From Epithemia pelagica (taxonomy: Eukaryota; Protista; Bacillariophyta): a DNA stretch of 64,000 nt. Position 1 is the first letter of the stretch. The number at the start of each line of letters is the position of its first letter. A program made the position numbers and the translations under genes. Location: contig OX337236.1 in assembly GCA_946965045.2 (NCBI GenBank), positions 1,798,001 to 1,862,000 on the forward strand, in the 5' to 3' direction. Shown here in pieces: positions 24,179 through 33,800 of the stretch. The notes beneath the pieces were generated by a model. That model did not search any database. It saw nothing but the letters and a program-made list of their open reading frames with translations, and was not told the DNA's origin.

Positions 24179-25544
24179 TTGGTCTCGTTCGAGCATCCCG
24201 TGGGTGGAACCTGGCTTCAGTTCTTCCCATTCATAAACTTCAACCTTGGCGTGGTTAAGACCGCCATGAAATGACCTCTGTTGCCGATTCCGTTCACCAT
24301 GTCACTGATTCGAAGCAAGTTTCAGGATTAGTCCCTTCAATCATCATGATTGGTATTTGGTTGTTTTTCGTTTCTCTCTGATTTTGCGGGGCCGGAAGGA
24401 ATGACAGAGATCATTATCAATTCTGTCGTGACATGCTTATACGCCAATATCAAGCCGTCCCACAACAGCGAAAGCTCGCTTTTCGACATGAGCATCTCGG
24501 TCAACTGATGTAATCTAAATTTTTCGAAATGTTCTTTTATCATCGTTTCGTATCATTCTTCCAAGACAATCGTTTAGTATCATTCAATGTGGAGACTTGT
24601 TGATGGGTATCATTGTCAATTGCCAACGGCAAATCTTTTTATGCCATGGTCACATGGTACGCAAGACGTCTGGCATTGAAATCAGATCCACCAAGACCAA
24701 TCGGATGTAGTTTCTTGTTGGGCGCGACCATTTGCACTCTTGGCAAGACTGGTTTAGTCGCAGAAACCGCCATCTCGACATTTAGAAGTCGATTGGGCCC
24801 GTGGAACTTTGGTTGCGCTTGTCAAACAAAGCTGTCGGGTCATGGGGGTATTTTACACCCCATACTTCTCTGTAAATACACGAAAGATAATGTCATAAAC
24901 AGGAATCCAATACAGCTCTGGAGAGTATCGATTTTGTCTCGACTTCGCGCAACCAACTAGCAACCTCTTGGGAGCAGAACGAGGTCCTCCCAAGAAACGG
25001 TCGCGGTATTGAGCGAGATTTTAGCGAAACATAGACCTCTAGGTTAGAGGATCCTAATAGTCACTCTTTTGAAATATGACTGGTATCATGACCGAATTTT
25101 GGTTTATCAGACCCAATGACTCTGAATCCGAAGGAAAAGCTAAGGCACAATGGGCCTGGGAAGGTCGTGAAATATCTAGATCGGACAGAAAAGGTCCATA
25201 ATGATCTGCTCATGGAAGATTATAGTATATCTTCTACCCATCTTAGAATATGTTCAGCCTGCAACGGGGAGTGAACAAGATTGGGTTAGGGGTGCGGTCA
25301 GCTTATGCGCGCACCCTGGGCAATGGCGGACGCGCCACTCCTTGCCGTTGAAAGGAGAAGCCTGCCATGCGCCATGCGATAATACAATATCACTTATGTG
25401 ACGCTGGACGATAATGCAGCTGTGCACGCTTTCTACCTTCTGGATCGCCAGTGAATGAGGTCGTAAGAAAAGATGAAGTGCAACACACTTCCGAATACCT
25501 GAAAGTCTGAAAGAGTCCCAAGATCTTAAGAAGAAACATCAACC

Positions 25545-27071
25545 ATGGCGATGCCCGCACCTCCTGCTCCTCCTGTTCCGCCGCCAGCACCTCTGACTGC
25601 TGCGCAACTTCTCACCCAAGTAAACGACTACTTCCAAAACGTTTTGATGATTGCGGACCAGGATGTTCGAGACGCCTTGAATGGTCAAGGTCTCGTCTCT
25701 ATCGGCGATTTCGAAGGTCTCACGGAAGATGACATCGCCGAAATCTGCAACAATGCCAGGAAGCCGGGTGGAACCATCCCGAATCCAGCATATGATCCAG
25801 CTAACCCAGTTGCTGGAGTCCCTCAGACAATTACAAACCCCGGAGTCCTTGTTGGGCATGTGATTGAGAAGCGTCTGAAGATGGTACGATACTACGTCCA
25901 TCATCTCCAGAAAGTGTCAAGAACTTTTGATCCTGCTGCGAGTCATGCTAATTTACAAGGCTTACAGAATCTTTATCGTTTCAAGACGAGTGAGGACGAA
26001 TATGACAACGATATTGACCTCCCCGAACGTCTCATTGCGGTTGAGAACATTCGAGTTGTCTTAGAAGATTTGGACAACTACTTGGAGCGAAAGAGGGGAT
26101 GTACCGGAATCCCTTTAGCTGCCTACACTCGTGTGGTACAAGCAATTCCTCCTCTCAACCGCGATCCTGGGTATGCGACTCCAAGCATCTCAGCTGAATT
26201 AATCAGGCGTGCACCTCACAATGGTCCAACGGCTCTCACCGACAACGAAGCTGTTTGGGACGCTGTACGCCATGTTACCCATGATGGCCCCGGATGGGGA
26301 TGGGTACAGTCCTTTAGCCGAACTCGGAATGGTCGTCAAGCTTATTTGGCCTTGAAAAGCCATTATTTCGGAGACGCCTACCAGACGAGACTTCGTGCAA
26401 AGGCTGATCAAACATTGGAAACCAATTACTATGATGGCACCAAACGCCATTATACTTATGAAAAATACATTGAGTCCTTGCAGAGGGCTTTCACTGACTT
26501 GGAATCTACAGGAGAGTTCGTTAGCAATGAGAGAAAAGTTCGTGTACTAATGACAGGAGTGCACGATCCTCGGTTGGAGAGCGCCAAGAATACGATCTTG
26601 GCAACACCAGAACTGCGAGTGTCCTTTGAAGTTGCATCAAACTATATGGCAGAAGTCCTTGACAACAAGGTTTCCTATAGCGCAACGACGCGGAAAGCCA
26701 GAATCTCCGCTGTTCAAGTAAATTATAAGAAGAATGGAGGACAAGGTAATAACAAGAACAATAACAAGAACAAGAATGAAGACAACAAGAATTTCAATCC
26801 GAATCGCTATTTCCCATTCACCCAATGGATTAAGCTCACTAAAGAGCAACAACAAATGGTTCGAAGCGTACGAGATGCGCAAAACAGCAGCACCAAGAAA
26901 AGGAGTGCATCTGCGATTCAGTCGTCTGGCAAGAAGAAACAGAAAAATGACGGTGGATCGACCACGACGACAGAAGACACATCAAGTAGTGATGGAGAAC
27001 AAAATGAAGAAAAGGAATTGGGAATTGGCGCCATCATGAGCCAAAGGAAGAAAGGAAAGAACCGTGTCTGA
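25545..27071 (+). CDS. Copia Gag protein (CoDi type, no CCHC knuckle)
   Basis: 508 aa; THDGPGWGWVQSFSRTRNGRQAYLALKSHYFG and YDGTKRHYTYEKYIESLQRAFTDL match diatom/oomycete copia gag; basic C-terminus. Confidence 0.8.
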   Translation: MAMPAPPAPPVPPPAPLTAAQLLTQVNDYFQNVLMIADQDVRDALNGQGLVSIGDFEGLTEDDIAEICNNARKPGGTIPNPAYDPANPVAGVPQTITNPGVLVGHVIEKRLKMVRYYVHHLQKVSRTFDPAASHANLQGLQNLYRFKTSEDEYDNDIDLPERLIAVENIRVVLEDLDNYLERKRGCTGIPLAAYTRVVQAIPPLNRDPGYATPSISAELIRRAPHNGPTALTDNEAVWDAVRHVTHDGPGWGWVQSFSRTRNGRQAYLALKSHYFGDAYQTRLRAKADQTLETNYYDGTKRHYTYEKYIESLQRAFTDLESTGEFVSNERKVRVLMTGVHDPRLESAKNTILATPELRVSFEVASNYMAEVLDNKVSYSATTRKARISAVQVNYKKNGGQGNNKNNNKNKNEDNKNFNPNRYFPFTQWIKLTKEQQQMVRSVRDAQNSSTKKRSASAIQSSGKKKQKNDGGSTTTTEDTSSSDGEQNEEKELGIGAIMSQRKKGKNRV

Positions 27072-28269
27072 CAATCTGTCAGTGCTGTTGTAAGTGAAAT
27101 TGAAGCCGCGACGGCAACTTGTGAATTGGATAGTCATGCCGATACTTGTTGCTTGGGAAGTGTCTGTCTGAAATTATACGAAACGGACAAAGCGGAAGTC
27201 AGTGGTTTCACAAACACACTTGGAAGTCTCAAGGAAACACCGATCATCACAGGTGTAGTAGCGTATGATGACCCAACAAGTGGAGAGACATATCTCCTAT
27301 ATTTTCACCAATCGTTGCACCTCCCAATGATGGACAAGTGCTTACTCAATCCAAACCAGATGAGAGAGGCAGGGATAAAGGTCAACGATGTTCCCCTCAA
27401 GTATTTGAAAGAAGAACAGAGGGAAACGGATTCCCACTCGATAGTGGCTCCAATAGAAGGAAAACAAGACGGTCTCGTGATTCCCTTTGACTTGGTTGGG
27501 GTCATGAGCAGTTTCACCGTCAGGAAACCCACTTGGGATGAAATCAACAATGTAGATCCGTCATACAAGATCAACATGACGAACGAAGGCCCGGAATGGA
27601 ACCCGAATGACTCGGCAAAAGATGTCGATGAAAGTAAACTCCGGAAAGGGCTTTCGGAAACAACATTGAGACGGGTAAAAGATACTCGTCATCTCCATCA
27701 AAGAATGGCCCGAATGGTGCGAGTCAATTCGAGGACGATAGCAGATATTAGGCATCGTCGAAAGGGGACAATCGATCCCATGACACTGTCATCAAGATGG
27801 GGAATTGGTCTCCCCATGGCAGAGAGAACGTGCGAGATGACGACGCAGCTCGGGATAAGAGATTTCTCGGACTCTGTCGGAAGCAAACGGCTTAAGCACA
27901 CTGCGTATCAATTAAAGCACCGCAGACTGAGAGCAGATGTCTATACAGACACTCTCTTTTCAGATATCAAGTCCTTGGCACAAAACACTTGCGGACAAAT
28001 TTATGCCACCAATTTTGGATGGGTACAGTTTTACCCAATGGCAAGAAAGAAAGACGCCCACACTACCTTGGAAAGGGTGTTCGATGATTTTGGAATCTTT
28101 AATAGTGTCATTCCGGATAATGCGCCGGAACTCACAAGCGGACAATTCAGAAAGACTGCTCATAAGTTTGGTTGTCGCATTCGGCCTATCGAGGCATGGA
28201 CACCAAACCAGAACCTCGCCGAGGCCAACATCCGGGAAATAAAGAGGATGTATCGACGAGAGATGAGAC
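27072..28269 (+). CDS. Copia Pol (aspartic protease plus integrase N-terminal part), partial; in frame with gag after one TGA
   Basis: ELDSHADTCCLG protease motif; integrase YTDTLFS...NTCGQIY, IPDNAPEL, EAWTPNQNLAEANIREIKR (D,D35E-like); truncated by Ns. Confidence 0.88.
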
Positions 28270-28469
28270 NNNNNNNNNNNNNNNNNNNNNNNNNNNNNNN
28301 NNNNNNNNNNNNNNNNNNNNNNNNNNNNNNNNNNNNNNNNNNNNNNNNNNNNNNNNNNNNNNNNNNNNNNNNNNNNNNNNNNNNNNNNNNNNNNNNNNNN
28401 NNNNNNNNNNNNNNNNNNNNNNNNNNNNNNNNNNNNNNNNNNNNNNNNNNNNNNNNNNNNNNNNNNNNN
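28270..28469. other. Assembly gap (200 N)
   Basis: Run of n characters. Confidence 1.
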
Positions 28470-28470
28470 A

Positions 28471-28931
28471 ACACAGCAAGAACAAGCCTCTCTTGAGCTT
28501 GAAAAGCAAAATTCCAAGGTAGGAGCGTCGCATTCATGTTCTCTGTTATCGTAGTGGACCAAGGAGATAAACACTGGTTGCTGACCGTCATCCTTTTGTT
28601 TTTTTCTGACATGACCACGAACCATGAAATGTTCAGTTTGGATACAAAGCTCCTGAGAGTGTCTACAAGAACCGAGTCGATCCCAAAAAGTCCATGACAT
28701 CCAAGGGTCAGGCCTTTCAAGGTGTCAGTCCCAGTACGTGACATCAACCCGTTGATATGCTCATCTGTTTGCCTTGTTTCCTCGTTGCTAATAATGTCTT
28801 TGTTTCATTGTCGACATGATACAGTGGACTTTTACTTGCGACAGAATGCTCAAAAGAAGGCCGCCCAGGCCAAGGAACATGACACCAAAGTTGGCATGTA
28901 CAAGAACAACCTTTTCAAAAGTGCATTTTGA
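28471..28931 (+). CDS. 3' end of an unknown 3-exon gene whose 5' part is missing (exons 28471..28518, 28637..28733, 28825..28931)
   Basis: Two canonical introns (GTAGGA..TTCAG, GTACGT..ATACAG) with matching phases give TQQEQASLELEKQNSK|FGYKAPESVYKNRVDPKKSMTSKGQAFQGVSP|MDFYLRQNAQKKAAQAKEHDTKVGMYKNNLFKSAF*. Confidence 0.6.
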
Positions 28932-29186
28932 GAAGTACAAATCCATTGAATTTCGACGGGAAAGCTGTGAGTGGAATAGTTAGAGAGAATTGCAGTGGCT
29001 CAAAAGGATGTTGCAATACAAAAAAGAGAGGTAGAAACTTGGGTCTGGCTTGGCAGAGAATCTCAAGTGTCATAGAGGTTTGTTTTGAATGGAATGATTG
29101 GATGGCCGTGAAATGGATCTGGTGAAAGCAATATCAACTAGAGAGATTTGTTGTGGAAACAAATAAGGTAATAATTCAACACCCAA

Positions 29187-30623
29187 CTAGTCTATCACAT
29201 CATAGTCCACATCCTTGTCTTTTGAGGCAACTGCAAGAGCGGCCGTCGACGAGGATTCCAAGATTCGTTTGTAGGCACTGCTGACAAAGGCGTCCGAACT
29301 ACCCTCTTGGGTTCCTGCCTCATCTCGTCTCAGGTATTGCACACATTCATTAAAGCATTCGGAAATTTCTTCCGATTCTTCCACCATATCGGCCCACTTG
29401 ACAATCACATAGGTTCGATCCAACCGCAATCGCTCGCGAGAGGCACGACCCGACGCACACAATAACAGCAGGGATTCGACCAAGTACAAGCGCGTGGGTT
29501 GATCGGGTTCTCGTTTCTTATCCGGACCTTCCAACCACAAGTCTGGATGCAAGCCTTGCTTTTCCTGCACGTCCAGTTCCTCGGGTCCAGCGAGGGGATA
29601 CAGAATATCCTTGGAGAGTTGGACGACATTGAGTAACCACCAGGCCGAGTCCTTGTCGAGACACACATTCCGAATCATACCAGCGGTTCCCCGACGTCGA
29701 ATCGGATTGGCACTCTTTAAATGAGGTAGTAGTCGTTGAAAATTACAAGTTGCATCGGTTGCTTCTTCTTCTTCTTCTTCTTGTTGTTGTTCCCCTTTGC
29801 CGCCAGTTGTATAGTGTAGTTGCAGCAAAAACTTGCGACCCTGTTCGGTTTGGGTCGTATTCATCAACACTGCCGCAAAGTGTTGATAGGGGTCCCAGGG
29901 TTGACTGTCGAGTTGCTCGACGGTGAGTTCCGCCTCGACACCCTCACCCAAAGGAAATTCTCCAATATAGGATGGATTCATGTACCGATCCAGCAACAAA
30001 TCCATGGTCACCCGAACATCCAATTTTTCAATCATGGAATTGGACGATGCGACAATGGCTTGTTCTGGTAATGTACGACCCACCATATCGACAGCTCCCT
30101 CTTCGTGTCGTGTCAAGTTTGCCATGAGAGCCATGGCAAAGTTGATTTTGGATCTCCATGCCTCTTGTTGTGCTTTGGTGGTGGTCGTCGTCGTCGTTGT
30201 GTTGGTTAATACAATCTCCAATAAGCGCGCAATCATGTTGGCTTTGAGTAGCAAATCAATGCATTGGTTCGCCGTGGAGCCCAACGACGAGAGATAGACG
30301 AGGGCATGCAACGAATTCACCGGGATCATGAGAGCCGACACATCGTTGGCCGTTGTTGAGGAGGATTCGTCGCTGCTCGTAGTATTGTCATAGGAGCAAT
30401 TCCGAATGATGCAGGGGAGCAATCCACTGCTACTACTAGTAGTGGCAGTGTCCGTGTCGGCCGTCGTCGTCGTTGTCTGGAGGATCCGTTGTCGATGTTC
30501 TTCTGTCTCGGAGATTTGTAAAATGGCTTCCGTCGCCGCCAAACGTACGTCCACTCGGTCCGACTGGAGAAACCCTTTCAATTCATCATAGAGCTGCACT
30601 TGATCGTTCCCTGCTGCTGTCAT
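29187..30623 (-). CDS. HGH1: HGH1 (FAM203; eEF2 chaperone, DUF383/DUF384)
   Basis: IRRRGTAGMIRNVCLD, ILYPLAGPEELD, PDKKREPD..TRLYLVESLLLLC, ECVQYLRRDE; probable ATG (MTAAG) at 30623. Confidence 0.88.
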   Translation of the reverse strand: MTAAGNDQVQLYDELKGFLQSDRVDVRLAATEAILQISETEEHRQRILQTTTTTADTDTATTSSSSGLLPCIIRNCSYDNTTSSDESSSTTANDVSALMIPVNSLHALVYLSSLGSTANQCIDLLLKANMIARLLEIVLTNTTTTTTTTKAQQEAWRSKINFAMALMANLTRHEEGAVDMVGRTLPEQAIVASSNSMIEKLDVRVTMDLLLDRYMNPSYIGEFPLGEGVEAELTVEQLDSQPWDPYQHFAAVLMNTTQTEQGRKFLLQLHYTTGGKGEQQQEEEEEEATDATCNFQRLLPHLKSANPIRRRGTAGMIRNVCLDKDSAWWLLNVVQLSKDILYPLAGPEELDVQEKQGLHPDLWLEGPDKKREPDQPTRLYLVESLLLLCASGRASRERLRLDRTYVIVKWADMVEESEEISECFNECVQYLRRDEAGTQEGSSDAFVSSAYKRILESSSTAALAVASKDKDVDYDVID

Positions 30624-30851
30624 GGTTTTGGTTGCGCAACGTTTATCGTGTCGTGTCTCTTTTGATTCGACGTTGGAAGAATTTTGGATGGATGCGACGA
30701 ACATGGATGATGGCTCATTGGCGACCAACGGTCGCTTTTGTGTTTTGTATTTTTTTCGATGTCGAAAATCTAAAATCCGACTCCATTTTCATTTTTCCAA
30801 ACGGACAAACCGAATCCAATAGATTTTTCATTTTTTTCCATTGTTGCAACC

Positions 30852-33800
30852 ATGGAAGACGACGATGGCAACGACGAGTACGCATCTTCCACCCTGGGTC
30901 TTTCCCCTTCTGGTTCTGGTGACCAGCATGGGTCCCACGAAGCTCCGTGGCAACTCGAGTGGAAATGTCCTCGGTGGAGTGTCGTTACGGAATCTGTGGA
31001 CAAAACTCCAGACAAGGCAGCACAACAACCGCATGCACTCTGTCACACCTCGGCCGCTCTTTCCATCCAGGAAGATCTGATGGACACGGAGGGACTGAAA
31101 TCGCTCGGAATCGAGAAACAGTCCCATGATTCCTTTATCCTCACTGTAACCCTCCTGGTCGACAAGAATACCGCCAATACTACCAAGGGAACAACCTCTC
31201 GAAAGCGCCGTCGACAATCCACCACCCCGCAGCGTTCCATTACCTATGCGGATTCCATGCGCATGGAATTGGTTCGTCACCGACCAAAGGACAACTCTTC
31301 CGAGTCTAGTAGTAGTACGCCAGAACAAGTGTATTCGAGGCTGTTTCGGTGGCCCGAATCCGCCTTGTTTGAAGAGGAAGACGACGACGAGGAGGACACG
31401 AAAAGCAATGACGACGATTTGGAGGCCGAGAATCTCCCAGAAGGAGACGAAAATGACGACGACGACGATGAAACGAGTGACACTGCAAAACAGACAAGCA
31501 AACAGACTGGATTGTTTGGCTTTGCAGCATGGGGCAATAAGAAGGAGCAGAGCACTCCAGAAGCTCCTTGGAAGCCCAAAACGTCGGGTCTCATTTCGGC
31601 ATGTCTCTGTCGCTTGCCCAAACCAGATCCCTACGCGGATGTTGCCGATGCCATGGATGTCGTGAATTTACTCTCATTGGGTGGTCTCATGTCATCCTTT
31701 CCCAATGCTGCCGCGGAAGAAGAAGAATCCACAGAGATTCCCTCGGTGGAGGATCCTGGAAACGAGTCCACTACTGGTGCACGAGTGTTGTTTGACGAGA
31801 CGGCCAACACAACGCATCCGGATCAAGATGACAGGGCACACTCGCGACTGGTTCTTTGTTGTTTGCATAGCAGAGGCAAAGTCTATGTCTATTCACCAAA
31901 AGAACTCTTTGAGGATTCTTCCTCCTCCTCCTCACATTCGTCTAAACCCAAGGACGAACTCGAAGATGTCGATGGTGAAATGGCCTCTCTGTTCCTGGGA
32001 GGTGCAATGGTACAAACACTACAGACTTCCTACCTTCCTCTCACGCGACCCTCCCATGTCATTCGACTGACGGTACCCTTGCGACGAAGTCGCAAGTTGG
32101 TCAACCCTCATACACAAACCTTTGACACGGCCTCCACACAACAACTGCTCGACTCTGCCGTGTGGGACAATACAGTCGATGGACCGAGTTTACAGTTCCG
32201 AACCAAGGACAATATTCCTTGCTTGCTGACCCATGCGTGTGACTTGTTGTGTGTCGCCGGACCCGGCCGTCGGGTTCAAAAACGCATGGATGGTGGTACC
32301 GCGGGCAAATCCATGGAATTCCTCCCAGAGGATGCCGCAGCCAATGATCATGGCAGTGGAACCTTTTTTTCGTCGGCCAGTGGACGGACCGGTACCGGAA
32401 CGCATGTATCGGCGGCATCGGCAGCCATTGCGGCCCTTCGGTTGCCACCATCCGGGCCCCGGGCCGGTGGTTTTGTCAGCTTTCTTTCCCTGCGCAAGTT
32501 TGCTCCCCTTCGAACCGTGTATTTGCCCTTTGTTCCCTACCGGATCTCACCCATGACCTGGGGCTGTATAACCTTTTTGTTGGTCATTGGAGAAGGTGGA
32601 ACGGACAAGAATCAAACGGTAGCCGTGGCCATTCGCATGGATGACGATACCAACAGCCGATATCACGTATATCCACGTACCGCCACCCGATCGACCATTG
32701 TTCAAGTGGGACAAGCTCCACCGCAAAGTCTCGCAGATGCCATCAACAATGCGTTGGAACGTGAAATGATGGCGGACAGTGGTCCACCCAACCCGGGGAG
32801 CTCCGGCGATGAGAAAAAGTTTGTTTCCATTCGACGGTTTCAGATCTTGCCCATTGCACTCACAGGTATCGACGACGTTCCCAATCTCGTAGTGGGGTCC
32901 ACGCCGACGTCGGTTCCTCCCACACTGGCGTGTTTGTTTGTCGATAACCACGCGGCGCAGCTGGAAGTCACTCAACGGTCCTTGGTCTGTATCAATCAAG
33001 TTGCCAGCGTTGACTATGCCACGGGAGCGGCGGCCCATCCATTGTTCCAAACCTATGTTACGGAACGAAACCGCGACGGATCCGAAGATCACAGCCGTTA
33101 CTTGACTCGGATTGAGACACATTGGGACAGGCGCCATAGAGGACGAATCTTGTTGACGGATGAAATCACATCAAACGACACGCTTTGGTGTCATCAAGGT
33201 CAGGGTTGGTGTTTGGTCGGTGGATCTCGAATGGCCTACTTTATTTCCTGGGAAGGTTCTACGACCATTCGCGGATCCCATGTCATGGAAACATGCGAGG
33301 TCGATGAAGATAGTGGTCAGGACTTGGTTTCCTTGATTGCTCCCACAGAAGATGATGATTTAAATAATGGCCACAACACTAAGCTGCCGTTCCCGCGCTC
33401 GGAAGCGGAGGCGAGGGAACGCCTCTCCGGATTGTTCCCAGCGTCAAGGCATGACTCGACGGACAGTAGTGCTCGAGACGAAGAGGATCCCTTCCTTATG
33501 GATGCCATCGAAAGCATTTCTTGCTCGTCGTTTCGCCAGACATCTTCACCGAGTATTCATCTCCCAGGGATATCGCGCAGCGTCAATTCCTTCTCTCACG
33601 AAGAGAAATCTCAGAGACTCTTGCGTCGATGTTCCAGCTGGACCGCTCTAGAATCTTTGGATACAGTAGAACATGGAAATGTTCAAACTCCAGTCGTGAG
33701 TGTAAGAATTGGTTCCAAGACGTTTACACTAAGTCTTCGGGCAAGTGTGGTCCAAGAGCACTATCAACGAACATCTTCCTCTCCCTTTCATGAAGTCCTC

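Larger units (their letters stand above)
24960..28269 (+). mobile_element. Ty1/copia LTR retrotransposon (CoDi-like), 5' half; 3' half lost in assembly gap
   Basis: Gag followed by protease and integrase in copia order. The LTR cannot be delimited because the 3' LTR is absent, so the left boundary is approximate. Confidence 0.8.

Noticed and set aside
24200-24960. Short ORFs 24337..24543 (-) and 24613..24960 (+) between XPB and the retrotransposon
   Set aside because: No recognisable motifs or convincing splice structure; may be UTR or degenerate sequence.
25081-25090. TGGTATCA as the tRNA-iMet primer-binding site of the copia element
   Set aside because: Only 8 nt match, it is not preceded by an LTR-terminal CA, and with no 3' LTR the boundary cannot be verified.
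25285-25365. Small hairpins (GGGTGCG/CGCACCC, CTCCTT/AAGGAG) in the copia leader
   Set aside because: Stems of 6-7 bp are expected by chance; no functional call is possible without sister copies.
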